A stretch of DNA of 64,000 nt from an uncultured Spirochaetaceae bacterium (GTDB taxonomy: Bacteria; Spirochaetota; Spirochaetia; Sphaerochaetales; Sphaerochaetaceae). The notes under the pieces were generated by a model. The model was given only the letters and a program-made list of their open reading frames with translations. It was not told the origin of the DNA and did not search any database. Every line of letters starts with the position of its first letter. Position 1 is the first letter of the stretch. The DNA lies in the NCBI GenBank assembly GCA_900321635.1, contig ONWV01000002.1, positions 1,964 through 65,963 of the forward strand, read 5' to 3'. A program made the translations under genes and the position numbers. Shown in pieces: positions 31,775 to 41,954 of this stretch.

Positions 31775-31803
31775 TTGAGCCATTGTCATTTTAGTTCTAT
31801 AAT
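31775..31803 (+). promoter_or_regulatory. putative promoter of the FecCD-class ABC operon
   Basis: TTGAGC (31775-31780), a 17-nt spacer, then TATAAT (31798-31803). Confidence 0.45.
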
Positions 31804-31858
31804 GGCTTCGAGTTGTTTTTAAAAACAAATCAAAAAAACATCCTGAAGGAAACCGGAA

Positions 31859-32869
31859 GTGGGTGAGAAAGCAAGGTCCAAGGTTCTGATTCTTGGTCTT
31901 ATCACAGTCTTTGTCTCAATAATATCTCTTGGCATCGGACGCTATTTCATAAGCCCCGTGGGGATCGTGAAGGTTCTTCTTCAGGGAATAAGCGGAAAGT
32001 CCTTCGGTATGGACAAGAATGCCGTGGCTGTTGTCTTTAACATAAGGCTTCCCAGAATCGCAGCATCTCTTCTTCTTGGAGCGGGTCTTGCCCTTAGCGG
32101 ACAGACTTTCCAGATGATTTTCAGAAACCCTCTGGTCTCTCCCGATGTCCTTGGAACAAGCACCGCAGCATCATTTGGAGCCTCGCTTGCCCTTCTTCTG
32201 GGACTTACATCTGTCATGGTCAGCCTGAACGCGTTCTTCTTCGGAATCCTCGCACTGGTTCTTATCTACACAATCGCATCAAGAACGAGAAGGGAACAGA
32301 CATTGTCTCTGATTCTGGTCGGAATGGTCGTTTCCTCTCTTTTTTCCTCGGCCACGAGTTTTGTTAAGCTAATCGCAGATCCGAACAATGTTCTTCCTGC
32401 CATAACGTACTTTCTGATGGGTTCTCTTTCCGGAGTGGGTGCCAAAGACCTTACTCTTGTAGGTGCACCTGTTTTGATAAGCATGGCAGTACTTCTTGTT
32501 CTTTCGTGGAAAATCAACCTTTTGTCTCTTTCAGAGGACGAGGCCAGGTCAATAGGAGTCAATACTCATCTTATTAGAGCCGTTGCGATTATATGTGCGA
32601 CAATCATCACCGCAAGCAGCGTGGCCGTTGCCGGAAACATAGGTTGGGTGGGCCTGATAATACCCCACATCTCCAGGATGCTTGTCTCAAACGATGCCCG
32701 CTATTCATTTCCATCGTCAGTGTTCTTCGGAGCCTCTTTCCTGACACTTGTAGACTGCATATCACGCAGTGCTGCGACAGTGGAGATTCCCATAGGAATT
32801 CTCACATCATTTGTGGGCGCTCCGTTCTTCCTGTATCTGCTTTTCAGGGAGGTCCGCTATGATTCTTGA
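31859..32869 (+). CDS. FecCD/BtuC-family ABC permease (siderophore/heme/corrinoid class)
   Basis: 336 aa with a GTG start and about 10 TM helices. The RLPRIAASLLLGAGLALSG motif is typical of FecCD-family permeases. Confidence 0.85.
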   Translation: MGEKARSKVLILGLITVFVSIISLGIGRYFISPVGIVKVLLQGISGKSFGMDKNAVAVVFNIRLPRIAASLLLGAGLALSGQTFQMIFRNPLVSPDVLGTSTAASFGASLALLLGLTSVMVSLNAFFFGILALVLIYTIASRTRREQTLSLILVGMVVSSLFSSATSFVKLIADPNNVLPAITYFLMGSLSGVGAKDLTLVGAPVLISMAVLLVLSWKINLLSLSEDEARSIGVNTHLIRAVAIICATIITASSVAVAGNIGWVGLIIPHISRMLVSNDARYSFPSSVFFGASFLTLVDCISRSAATVEIPIGILTSFVGAPFFLYLLFREVRYDS

Positions 32870-33623
32870 GATAAAAGACCTTGTTTTCAGCTACAAGGAC
32901 CACAGCGTCCTTCGGGGTCTGAATCTTCGTATCTCAGACGGCGAGATGATTTCTCTTCTGGGTAAGAACGGAGCTGGAAAAACGACACTTCTCAGGCTGA
33001 TTCCGTCATTTCTCAGATGCCAGAAAGGTTCAATCACAATAGACGGGGTCTCTGTCAGCGATATGAAGCTGAAAGACCGCGCCAAATGCATGGCATATAT
33101 TCCTCAGATCACAAAATCCGCCTTTCCGTACAGCGTGAGGACATCAATTCTCATGGGAGCTTCCAACAGGCTTTCAATGTTTCAGTCTCCAGGACGTCAG
33201 GAGGAGAAGAAGGTTGATCAGATCATAGAGCTTCTGAACCTCCAGAAGATAGCAGACCGCAACATGGACAACATCTCCGGCGGAGAAAGACAGCTGGTTC
33301 TGATAGCCAGGGCCCTGATGCAGGATGCAAGGCTTCTGATTCTTGATGAGCCTACGTCGTTTCTTGATTACTCCAACCAGCTGATGGTCCTTGAGCGCAT
33401 AGGTGATCTTGTTAAAAACGGCTACAGCTGCATCTACTCAACCCATAACCCCGATCTGGCTCTGGGGCACTCAAGCCGGGTGGTAGTGATGGCTGACGGT
33501 GTCATCTCATATGACGGAGAGCCAAAGTCACTAATAGGAACTGATATCCTAAGCCGCGTCTACGGCCGGAACATCGAAATTGTTAATACCGAAAAGGGAG
33601 GCATAGTATGCATCCCAGAGTAG
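32859..33623 (+). CDS. ABC transporter ATP-binding protein (FecE/BtuD-like)
   Basis: The start was moved to ATG 32859 (MILEIKDLVFSY). Motifs GKNGAGKTT, ISGGERQLVLIARAL and LILDEPTS. It overlaps the permease gene by 11 nt. Confidence 0.85.
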   Translation: MILEIKDLVFSYKDHSVLRGLNLRISDGEMISLLGKNGAGKTTLLRLIPSFLRCQKGSITIDGVSVSDMKLKDRAKCMAYIPQITKSAFPYSVRTSILMGASNRLSMFQSPGRQEEKKVDQIIELLNLQKIADRNMDNISGGERQLVLIARALMQDARLLILDEPTSFLDYSNQLMVLERIGDLVKNGYSCIYSTHNPDLALGHSSRVVVMADGVISYDGEPKSLIGTDILSRVYGRNIEIVNTEKGGIVCIPE

Positions 33624-34285
33624 GCTGGTGGACAGATCAGAGTATAGAGTGGTTTGTCCGTGCAAGCGAAGATTCATCATACCACAGAAACCTGTCTGAC
33701 AGGATTGCGGAGCTTCTTTTTCCATGTAGGAGCATTCTTGAATTAGGGTGCGGCCTTGGCTACGAGGCAGAGCTTCTTCAAAAAAAAGGCTTTGTCGTGA
33801 CGGCTTTGGACAACAATGAAAAAGTCATCAGCCTTGCCCAAAAAAGATCCGGTCTTGATATCTTCCATTGCGCGGATGCAAAGCATACAGAAGCCTCTGC
33901 CGATGCCCTGCTTTGCATTAATTATGGCCATTTATGTGATATATCTGAGCTTACAGACCTTCTTTCTCATGCCTCAATGCGCCTTATCTATGTTCTTTCA
34001 CGCCATAACGGCCATGGGACGGACACACGTGAGGACAGGACGGAAACAGTCAGAAAGCTCATGAAAGAAAGCTCTTTTGATTTCTCGGAGTCGTCGCTTT
34101 TTCTTGATTTTGACCAGCCTCTGAAATCCATGGAGGAGGCAAAGGCCTTCATTGATTTCACATATCTTGGAAAGAACGCTCAATCCTATCTTGCTTTTGT
34201 GGAGAAGACAGAAAATCCCAAATACCCGTTTGTTCTGAGAAACAGAAAAGAATTATCAATATTTGTATTGAATAAAAGGAGATGA
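33608..34285 (+). CDS. class I SAM-dependent methyltransferase
   Basis: 225 aa with motif I ILELGCGLGYEAELL. AAGGGAGG SD. It overlaps the ATPase gene by 16 nt. Confidence 0.7.
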   Translation: MHPRVGWWTDQSIEWFVRASEDSSYHRNLSDRIAELLFPCRSILELGCGLGYEAELLQKKGFVVTALDNNEKVISLAQKRSGLDIFHCADAKHTEASADALLCINYGHLCDISELTDLLSHASMRLIYVLSRHNGHGTDTREDRTETVRKLMKESSFDFSESSLFLDFDQPLKSMEEAKAFIDFTYLGKNAQSYLAFVEKTENPKYPFVLRNRKELSIFVLNKRR

Positions 34286-34287
34286 AT

Positions 34288-35334
34288 ATGAAAAAAACAA
34301 TTGTTGTTCTATTGTTTGCGCTTATTTCGGTAGGCCTTGTTTTCTCACAGGCCATAACTGAGACGACTTCTGAAATAAAGACCCAGACCTTCACAGATGA
34401 TCTTGGAAGGCAGGTGGTCCTTCCTGAAAACATAACAAAGATCGCACCGTCCGGCTCCAATGCCCAAGTAATTGTTTTTCAGGTCGCATCCGATAAGCTT
34501 GCAGGTCTTTCTGACAAACTGAGCGGCATGGAAAAGGAAATCTATCCGGATTACACGCACAATCTTCCTGCATTCGGAACCCTTTACGGAAAGAAGGCGA
34601 ATCTTAACAAAGAGGCTCTGATTCTTGCCAACCCTGAAGTGATAATCGATGTAGGTGACATCAAGGGCTCTGTGGAGGATATGGCAAAGGAGCTTGACCA
34701 GGTCAGCTCGGATGTGGGTGTTCCGGTAATTTTCCTTGAAGCCAACATGGATAACTATGACAAGGTCTTCAGGACGCTTGGAAAGCTTCTGAAGGAAGAG
34801 GAGAGAGCAGAGAAGCTTGCTCTCTACTATGAGGATGTGGTTTCTGAGATTGAAAAATACGCAACAGGCAAAAAGCCCAGAGTCTATATCACATCATCCA
34901 ACGACGGTCTGAATGCCATCATTGCCGGAAAGAATCATGCCCAGTGTGCAGAGAAGGCCGGAGCAGAGGTTGTGGTCACATCAAAGCTTGCTCAGGCAAA
35001 CGGAAACATCTCGCTTGAGACTCTTTATCAGCTGGATCCGGATTACATCTTCGCTTATACAGAGGAAGGCTATAAGACAATCACAACCGAGAAAACCTGG
35101 TCCACTCTCAGTGCGGTTCAGAACAACAGGGTCTACCTGGTCCCGTCTATTCCTCACTACTTCATTGACTCACCGGTATGCTCCAACAGAATCATCGGTC
35201 TGTACTATCTTGCATCGATTTTCTATCCTCAGGCAGGAATCGATATCGTTGAGAAGACCAAAGAGTTCTACAGCCTGTTCTACGGCAAGGATCTTACCGA
35301 TGACCAGGTACGCACTATCCTTCACATGAACTGA
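34288..35334 (+). CDS. ABC transporter periplasmic binding protein, FecB/BtuF class
   Basis: Start at ATG 34288 with AGGAG 6 nt upstream. Signal peptide MKKTIVVLLFALISVGLVFSQA. Its size and operon partners fit the siderophore/heme/B12 binding-protein class. Confidence 0.8.
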   Translation: MKKTIVVLLFALISVGLVFSQAITETTSEIKTQTFTDDLGRQVVLPENITKIAPSGSNAQVIVFQVASDKLAGLSDKLSGMEKEIYPDYTHNLPAFGTLYGKKANLNKEALILANPEVIIDVGDIKGSVEDMAKELDQVSSDVGVPVIFLEANMDNYDKVFRTLGKLLKEEERAEKLALYYEDVVSEIEKYATGKKPRVYITSSNDGLNAIIAGKNHAQCAEKAGAEVVVTSKLAQANGNISLETLYQLDPDYIFAYTEEGYKTITTEKTWSTLSAVQNNRVYLVPSIPHYFIDSPVCSNRIIGLYYLASIFYPQAGIDIVEKTKEFYSLFYGKDLTDDQVRTILHMN

Positions 35335-35380
35335 TTATCACTGTACTTATTCCTTTCAATAATGTAGATTATATAAGTCT

Positions 35381-36265
35381 ATGAAGAGGAAAGTACTTGA
35401 TTATCTGGATGTAATATTCGGTTCTCTCGTGTGCTCCGCCGGCATCGCTCTTTTTGTGACCCCTGCAAAGATCGCATCGGGTGGTGTCAGCGGTATTGCC
35501 ACGATGCTATACCACGTCTTAGGTTGGGATCCGGGTTATGTCATCTTCGCGCTTTCTCTTCCTTTGTTTCTGATCGGTATGAGGATCTTCGGAAAGAAAT
35601 ACGGGCTCAAATGCCTGATCGGAACAGTTCTTCTTTCGGCTTTCACATCTGTATTTATGAAGATTCCAGGTTCCCAAAGTATTCTTGATTACTCTCAGAG
35701 CATCAATGTCCTTCTGGGTGCCGTTTTCGGCGGTGTTGCCATGGGGATGGGAATAGGGTTTGTCATGAAAGGCGGAGCCAACACAGGCGGAACAGACATC
35801 CTTGCCCAGATTGTGAATAAATACACTCCGCTTTCGCTGGGCACAGCTCTTACGATAACCGATGCGATAATCATCTTTGCCTCGGCCTTTGTGTTCGGAA
35901 TAGAAAGAGCCCTGTATGCGATAATAACCGTCTACATCACGGGAATCACGATAGATAAGGTTGTGTTCTTCGGAACCAACAAGGCAAAGGTCGTCATGCT
36001 GATCACAAGCAAGACTGAAGAGGTTGCTTCCTACATCATGAAGAACCTTGACCACAGCGCCACACTGCTTGATGGAAAAGGGATGTACTCGGGAACCGAC
36101 AAGCCCGTTTTAATGGTCGTTGTGGCCAACAATGAGCTGGGAGGGCTTACTGCGAAGATCAGGGAGCTTGATGAGAAGGCCTTCATGATAGTCCAGAACG
36201 CAAACCAGGTCCTGGGAGAGGGCTTTACTCCGATTGCCAAGGCAAGACTCAATCTGGGTGGTTAA
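35381..36265 (+). CDS. YitT-family membrane protein (with C-terminal DUF2179 domain)
   Basis: 294 aa with the IASGGVSGIATMLYH motif, 5 to 6 TM helices and a soluble C-terminal domain. Confidence 0.8.
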   Translation: MKRKVLDYLDVIFGSLVCSAGIALFVTPAKIASGGVSGIATMLYHVLGWDPGYVIFALSLPLFLIGMRIFGKKYGLKCLIGTVLLSAFTSVFMKIPGSQSILDYSQSINVLLGAVFGGVAMGMGIGFVMKGGANTGGTDILAQIVNKYTPLSLGTALTITDAIIIFASAFVFGIERALYAIITVYITGITIDKVVFFGTNKAKVVMLITSKTEEVASYIMKNLDHSATLLDGKGMYSGTDKPVLMVVVANNELGGLTAKIRELDEKAFMIVQNANQVLGEGFTPIAKARLNLGG

Positions 36266-36276
36266 AGGGAGGCACT

Positions 36277-37653
36277 ATGGATTACAGAATCGAGCACGAT
36301 TCAATGGGAACCGTAAAGGTTCCAAGCGATAAGCTCTGGGGCGCACAGACACAAAGAAGTCATCAGAACTTTGAAATCGGAGTCGGAATCGAGACAATGC
36401 CGGCTGAGATTATCCGTGCCTTCGGAATCCTGAAAAAGGCCGCAGCCCGTGCAAACAGAACCCTGGTCCCCGAAAGAATGACACAGGAAAAGCTTTTCGC
36501 CATATCAAAGGCCTGCGACGAGGTCATTTCCCTGAGCCTTATTGATCATTTTCCTCTTGTTGTCTGGCAGACGGGAAGCGGAACCCAGAGCAACATGAAT
36601 GCCAACGAGGTCATTGCCAACCGCGCAAACCAGATTGCAAAAAAAGCCCTTCTTCATCCGAATGATGATGTGAACATGAGCCAGTCATCCAACGACACCT
36701 TTCCCACAGCCATGCATATTGCTGCTGTCACAACCATCTGCGACAGCCTTATTCCCGCAGTACAGGGCCTGATCAAGACCTTTCTTAGGCTCGAATCCGA
36801 TAACAAGGGCATTGTCAAAAGCGGAAGGACCCATCTTCAGGATGCCACTCCCATATCTTTCAGCCAGGAGATTTCCGGCTGGAGGTCCAGCCTTGAGCGT
36901 GATGTGGAGCTTCTTCAGAGCGCAGTAAGACCCCTTTGCGAGCTTGCTTTGGGCGGAACTGCCGTAGGGACAGGCCTGAATGCTCCTGAAGGCTTTGCCG
37001 ATGCCGTTGCAAAGGAGATTTCCAAATTGACTGGAAAGACCTTCATATCCGCTTCCAACAAATTCCACGCTCTTACCTCAAAGGACGAGCTTGTCTTTGC
37101 TCACGGAGCCATCAAGGCTCTTGCCTGCGATATGATGAAGATTGCAAACGATGTGCGCTGGCTTGCAAGCGGCCCAAGGCTTGGACTGGGTGAGATAACT
37201 ATTCCGGAAAACGAGCCTGGGTCCTCCATTATGCCAGGCAAGGTGAATCCCACCCAGTGTGAAGCAGTGACAATGGTAGCAGTCCAGGTCATGGGAAATG
37301 ATACTGCCGTGTCCATGGCAGCAAGTCAGGGTAATTTTGAGCTTAACGTCTTCATGCCGGTGTTGATTTACAACTTCCTTCAGTCATCCCGCCTGTTAAG
37401 CCAGGCCATTGTAAGCTTTGACAGAAACTGCGTAAGCGGAATCAAGGCCAACAAGGAAAAGATGGAAAGCAATCTTCACAACTCGCTTATGCTTGTCACC
37501 GCCTTGAATCCGTATATCGGATATGAGAATGCCGCAAAGGTGGCCAAGAAGGCATATGCGGAAGGAATCTCATTGAAAGAAGCTTGCATAGCACTTGGCT
37601 TTCTTTCATCAGATGAGTTTGACAAGGTCTTTCATCCCGAGCAGATGATCTGA
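36277..37653 (+). CDS. fumC: class II fumarate hydratase
   Basis: 458 aa with the signature GSSIMPGKVNPTQCE and N-terminus RIEHDSMGTVKVPSDKLWGAQTQRS. GGGAGG SD. Confidence 0.95.
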   Translation: MDYRIEHDSMGTVKVPSDKLWGAQTQRSHQNFEIGVGIETMPAEIIRAFGILKKAAARANRTLVPERMTQEKLFAISKACDEVISLSLIDHFPLVVWQTGSGTQSNMNANEVIANRANQIAKKALLHPNDDVNMSQSSNDTFPTAMHIAAVTTICDSLIPAVQGLIKTFLRLESDNKGIVKSGRTHLQDATPISFSQEISGWRSSLERDVELLQSAVRPLCELALGGTAVGTGLNAPEGFADAVAKEISKLTGKTFISASNKFHALTSKDELVFAHGAIKALACDMMKIANDVRWLASGPRLGLGEITIPENEPGSSIMPGKVNPTQCEAVTMVAVQVMGNDTAVSMAASQGNFELNVFMPVLIYNFLQSSRLLSQAIVSFDRNCVSGIKANKEKMESNLHNSLMLVTALNPYIGYENAAKVAKKAYAEGISLKEACIALGFLSSDEFDKVFHPEQMI

Positions 37654-37664
37654 ATTGAAAAAGG

Positions 37665-38309
37665 TTATCTCTGCTTTTTGATGTGGGGCAGATTCCACTT
37701 ATAGTGCATGGCAAGGGCTCTTATCAGGACAACAAGAAACAGGCCTGTGGAGACCGCAGCAATTTCCGAGACCTTCCATAATAAAGCTGTTGAGATTGCA
37801 CCGGCGATGGATGCCACGGCATAGACGTGCTTCTTGAAAATGGCGGGAACTTCGTTGGCAAGAAGGTCCCTGAGGATTCCGCCGCCGACTCCAGTCATGA
37901 CTCCAAGAAACGAGCACAGAAATACTCCTCCGTCCGTCATCGTCTCTCCGACTATGACTCCGTTGACGGTAAAGGAGGCAAGACCTGCGGTGTCGAACCA
38001 GAACAGGTATTTTTCAAATATGTGGTTCACCAGAGGTTTGGATTTACCGTTTACATGAAAGTACAGAAAGAAGAACACCGCATTTGCCACAACAAAGGCA
38101 ACAAGGACATAGAGCGGGTCCTGGAACATGACAGGGGGCGTCCGACCGATGATTATGTCACGGGTCGCACCTCCGCCTACAGATGTGACCACTCCCAGAA
38201 TGCAGATGCCAAGGTAGTCCATCTTCTTTCTGACAGCCAACAGGGCACCTGAGGTTGAGAATGAGATGAGACCGATGATATCAAGGACCAGACGCAAACC
38301 GTAATCCAT
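37665..38309 (-). CDS. trimeric intracellular cation channel-like / UPF0126 (YadS) family membrane protein
   Basis: 214 aa with two internal repeats, each ending in GGGxxRD (GGGATRDIIIG and GGGILRDLLAN). Confidence 0.8.
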   Translation of the reverse strand: MDYGLRLVLDIIGLISFSTSGALLAVRKKMDYLGICILGVVTSVGGGATRDIIIGRTPPVMFQDPLYVLVAFVVANAVFFFLYFHVNGKSKPLVNHIFEKYLFWFDTAGLASFTVNGVIVGETMTDGGVFLCSFLGVMTGVGGGILRDLLANEVPAIFKKHVYAVASIAGAISTALLWKVSEIAAVSTGLFLVVLIRALAMHYKWNLPHIKKQR

Positions 38310-38361
38310 ATTCTGTAGTCTATTCCAAAACCATGGCTTTGTCTAATCGAAGAATTAAATA

Positions 38362-39339
38362 TCAGAAGCAAAGCACGCGGTCTCTTTTCACTGCAAGGTC
38401 AACTGTCTCAGATTCGGGCTGAGACGATGCATAACAGCAAAGTTCGCTGCCTTTATAAGAGAGCCTTACGAAGAAACCTGAAGTAATGTATTCCGCTGAT
38501 ACGACAGTTGCATCCTTAAGGATGATGTAATTCTCGCTGGGATTTGTTTTATTGATTTTAATGTCCTCAGGTCTGATGAATGCCAGTTTTTCAGAGTCTT
38601 CTTCGGTCAATAAGGACATTGGAATGCAGGAACCTTCACCGGTGAAGCGGGCAGAGAAGAGGTTGGGAGGATTGTTGTAGACATCCTGTGGTCTTCCAAT
38701 GGCCTCGACTTTTCCTTTGTTGATTATCATGACCCTGTCACTTATGGCAAAGGCTTCCTCTCTGTCATGAGTCACATAAATCATCGGAATTCTAGTCTGT
38801 TCATGAATCTGCCTTATCACGGTTCTCAGGCGCTTTCTCAGAGGTGCGTCCAGAGCGGACAGGGGCTCATCCAGAAGAAGTATCTGAGGCTGTGCTGCAA
38901 TTGCCCTTGCAAGAGCTATGCGCTGGGCTTCTCCTCCGCTGAGGTTGCTGACAGATCTTTTCTCAAAACCGGAAAGGCCTACAAGATCCAGAAGCTCTGC
39001 CGTACGATTTTCACGCTCGTCCTTTGCAATGTTTCTCATTCCGTAGCAGATGTTCTGAGATACATCCATCGTGGGAAAGAGAGAGAAATCCTGAAAGACC
39101 ATTCCGATTCTGCGTTTTTGAATCGGCTCTTGTGTTATGTCGCGCCCGTTTAAAATGATCTTTCCGAAGTCGGGGCTGTCAACTCCGCACAGAAGTGACA
39201 AAAGCGTTGATTTTCCGCTTCCTGAGGGCCCAATGATGCACAGAAGTTCATCTTCTCCCATCTCAAAAGAGAGGTCCAAGGTGAACTTTCCCGGGAAGAT
39301 ACGCTTTAAGCCATTACACTCAAGATAAGACACTTTCAT
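38362..39339 (-). CDS. thiQ: thiamine ABC transporter ATP-binding protein
   Basis: GPSGSGKST, LSGGEAQRIALARAI and LLLDEPLS motifs. It is the last gene of an operon headed by a TPP riboswitch. Confidence 0.8.
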   Translation of the reverse strand: MKVSYLECNGLKRIFPGKFTLDLSFEMGEDELLCIIGPSGSGKSTLLSLLCGVDSPDFGKIILNGRDITQEPIQKRRIGMVFQDFSLFPTMDVSQNICYGMRNIAKDERENRTAELLDLVGLSGFEKRSVSNLSGGEAQRIALARAIAAQPQILLLDEPLSALDAPLRKRLRTVIRQIHEQTRIPMIYVTHDREEAFAISDRVMIINKGKVEAIGRPQDVYNNPPNLFSARFTGEGSCIPMSLLTEEDSEKLAFIRPEDIKINKTNPSENYIILKDATVVSAEYITSGFFVRLSYKGSELCCYASSQPESETVDLAVKRDRVLCF

Positions 39340-40924
39340 CTCCTTTTGATTCGCCTATGGCAAAGACGGTCACGGCTACGGCCATGAGGATTACAGCCAG
39401 GGCAGAAGCTCCCTGATAGTTGTACTGGTTTATCATCTTGTAAATCAGAACAGGTATGGTAGTGACCCGTCCTTCTCCTAAAGTCAGCGTGGCATTCACC
39501 TCGCCCAGAGAAAGAGCGAATGAGAAAGCCAGAGCTCTTTTTCTGTAGGGTCTGAGAAGGGGGTATTCGATTTTGCGGTATATCTCACGGTCGCATCCTC
39601 CCATGGTCTTTGCCGCAAGGCTAAGTCTCTGCGGAATCTTTCTGGCTCCGGGAAGGATTGTCCTTATTGCAAACGGCATCACAACGACAAGGTGTGCAAG
39701 AAAGACAAGGACATAAGACATGGCTGTACTTCTGATAGGAAGTTTTGCAGAGAGAAATGAAAAGCCCAGTCCCAGTGATACAGATCCCACAGCCATGGGA
39801 AGGGATGTCAGAAGCGCTATGAACGTGCTCTTTCTTTTTGCACTGTCCATTGCAATTGATGAAGCAAGGCTCACTGCTGCAGCAGAAGAAGCAAAGGCAA
39901 CGGCAAGGCTGTTTACAACTGCCCTGATGCTGGTTCCTGCACCGGAACTGGAGCGTCTTGCGATATCTGTCCAGGCTTTGAGGGTAAAGACCCCGTCCCT
40001 GTTGAAGAACGAGCGGTGGACTATGGAAAGCATCGGAGGTGCCATGAACAGCAGAATCAGAAGGCATAAAACAAAGGCAAGGGCTTTTTCCCTTCCGCGG
40101 GTCTTTTTCAGATGGACCTTTCTTCTCTGTACTTTGTCCTGGCTTCTTCCGTAGCCTGAAAGCACTAAAATAAGCGTCATTATCAGAAATGAGAATATTG
40201 ATAAAGATGCGGCGGAAGAAGGATTCACATCGGTGTAGGTCCTTTTGTAGATTTCGGCCTCCATTGTGAAGAACCTCGGGTTTCCTCCAAGGCTCATGAC
40301 AATGAGAAAGGACGGAAAGCAGAAAAGAAAAATCAATGTGAAGGCGGAGATGACCGTTCCCCACATCCTGGGAAGCGTGATTCTGAAGAAGGTTCTGATC
40401 TCCGAAGCACCCAGAAGCCTTGAGGCCTGTTCTCCCTGGTCAGAAGAAGAAAGCAGGGCACTTGTGATAAGGGAGAAGGCGACAGGGAAGTTCAGATATA
40501 CATGGGCAAGGATTATGGCCTTGAAGGAATACAGAATCTGAAAATTCGCAGAAAGAAGGCGGTTCAGAACACCGTTGTTTCCGTAGTAGATAACAAAACC
40601 CAGTACGGCCAGAATCGCAGGCATGGCAAAGGCCGCATCGCTTACCGTAAGAAGTGCCCTTCTTCCGAAGAATGTGTACCTTGAGAAAAACAGGGCGAAC
40701 GGAATTGCGATAACAACTGAAATCAGGGCGCTGACAGAGGATTCCAGGACTGTAAAGAGCAGAATCCTCCATGTGTAGCGGTCTGTGAAGGTGCGTCCTA
40801 TTTCACCAGGGACAGAGAAAGCCTTGAGGAAAACCGTTCCCACGGGCAGCAGAAAGACTGCCGCCATGATAAATAGCGCGGGAACGGCGTTTTTAAGATA
40901 ATAGCGGTTATCTGACGATGGCAT
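39320..40924 (-). CDS. thiP: thiamine ABC transporter permease (duplicated 12-TM)
   Basis: 534 aa with two permease halves. It overlaps both neighbouring genes and sits in the TPP-riboswitch-controlled operon. Confidence 0.8.
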   Translation of the reverse strand: MPSSDNRYYLKNAVPALFIMAAVFLLPVGTVFLKAFSVPGEIGRTFTDRYTWRILLFTVLESSVSALISVVIAIPFALFFSRYTFFGRRALLTVSDAAFAMPAILAVLGFVIYYGNNGVLNRLLSANFQILYSFKAIILAHVYLNFPVAFSLITSALLSSSDQGEQASRLLGASEIRTFFRITLPRMWGTVISAFTLIFLFCFPSFLIVMSLGGNPRFFTMEAEIYKRTYTDVNPSSAASLSIFSFLIMTLILVLSGYGRSQDKVQRRKVHLKKTRGREKALAFVLCLLILLFMAPPMLSIVHRSFFNRDGVFTLKAWTDIARRSSSGAGTSIRAVVNSLAVAFASSAAAVSLASSIAMDSAKRKSTFIALLTSLPMAVGSVSLGLGFSFLSAKLPIRSTAMSYVLVFLAHLVVVMPFAIRTILPGARKIPQRLSLAAKTMGGCDREIYRKIEYPLLRPYRKRALAFSFALSLGEVNATLTLGEGRVTTIPVLIYKMINQYNYQGASALAVILMAVAVTVFAIGESKGDESVLS

Positions 40925-41918
40925 CTTCCCACTGTTTTATGAGATCCGAGGCCTTGTCATCAAAGTCCGTAAAAAGCTTTTCAGGAAGCGGTGCATATTT
41001 GTAAGCCTCCGGAAGGTCCAAGGAGCTGTTGATGGGATACATGGAGTTTGCATTGGCAAGATCCACCTGGGCATCGGTTAAGAGGAAGTCGATGAACTGC
41101 TCTGCCTCGGATCTGTGTTTTGTACCCTTGACGATTCCTGCAGCCTCGATTGTGACCTCATGGCCTTCAGGGAAGATAAGAGCCTGATAACGTGTGGTAT
41201 CTTCATACATCACATGGTAGACGGGACTTGTTGTGTAGCTTATGACAATCGGAGCTTCTCCTTCGGTGAAAAGTCCGTAGGCTGACGACCATCCCGAGGC
41301 CATTGTCAGTGCGTTCTTTGACATGGTCTTCCACCAGTCCAGCCACTTGTCGCCAAGGGCGTTGTATGTCCACATCATAAGGCCTGTGCCGACGGAGCTT
41401 GTTCTCGGGTCAATCAGGATGACCTTGTCCTTGAACATGTCCGTTGCCATATCACTCAGGCTGGTGGGCATGATGAGTTCCACGGAAGAATCATATACAA
41501 AAGCAAAGATGCCGTAGTCATACGGAATCAGACGGTTCTGCTTGTCAAAAATAAGGCGCGGGTTGATTGTCTTGATGTAAGGTGAATCATAGCCCTCAAG
41601 AAGATCATATGCCTTTTCGGCAAGTGAGTCCGTTATGCCCAGGATGACATCACATTCGGTCTTGTCTCCTTCAAGACGGACTTTGTTGATGACCTCTACG
41701 GCCGCACCGGCAGCTACAAGATTCACCTTGATTCCGGTTTTTTCTTCAAAAGCAGGAATCACGGATCCTGCTGCTCCCCAGTCACCGCAGAATGTGTCAT
41801 AAGCATAGACGGTGAGGGTTCTGCTTGGTGTGGATTCAGTTTTTTCTGAAAGCGCCTGTGAGAAAATGCAGAACATGGACAGAGCCACGACTGCAAAGAC
41901 AGATATAGCCTTTTTCAT
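40908..41918 (-). CDS. thiB: thiamine/TPP-binding periplasmic protein
   Basis: 336 aa with a signal peptide and an AAGGAGG SD. It lies immediately downstream of the TPP riboswitch. Confidence 0.8.
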   Translation of the reverse strand: MKKAISVFAVVALSMFCIFSQALSEKTESTPSRTLTVYAYDTFCGDWGAAGSVIPAFEEKTGIKVNLVAAGAAVEVINKVRLEGDKTECDVILGITDSLAEKAYDLLEGYDSPYIKTINPRLIFDKQNRLIPYDYGIFAFVYDSSVELIMPTSLSDMATDMFKDKVILIDPRTSSVGTGLMMWTYNALGDKWLDWWKTMSKNALTMASGWSSAYGLFTEGEAPIVISYTTSPVYHVMYEDTTRYQALIFPEGHEVTIEAAGIVKGTKHRSEAEQFIDFLLTDAQVDLANANSMYPINSSLDLPEAYKYAPLPEKLFTDFDDKASDLIKQWEDAIVR

Positions 41919-41954
41919 GAAGGCCTCCTTGAAAGTGGATTCTGTCTTTGGGGA

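Noticed and set aside
31740-31858. A possible cobalamin riboswitch upstream of the BtuCDF/FecCD-class operon.
   Set aside because: The leader is only about 50 nt after the predicted promoter, and I could not find a B12-box core or the conserved cobalamin-aptamer helices. A covariance-model scan would settle this.
39621-40364. A 247-aa ORF on the same strand as thiP but in another frame.
   Set aside because: The thiP frame gives a coherent 12-TM permease. The alternative frame is Cys/Arg/Ser-rich with no start context.
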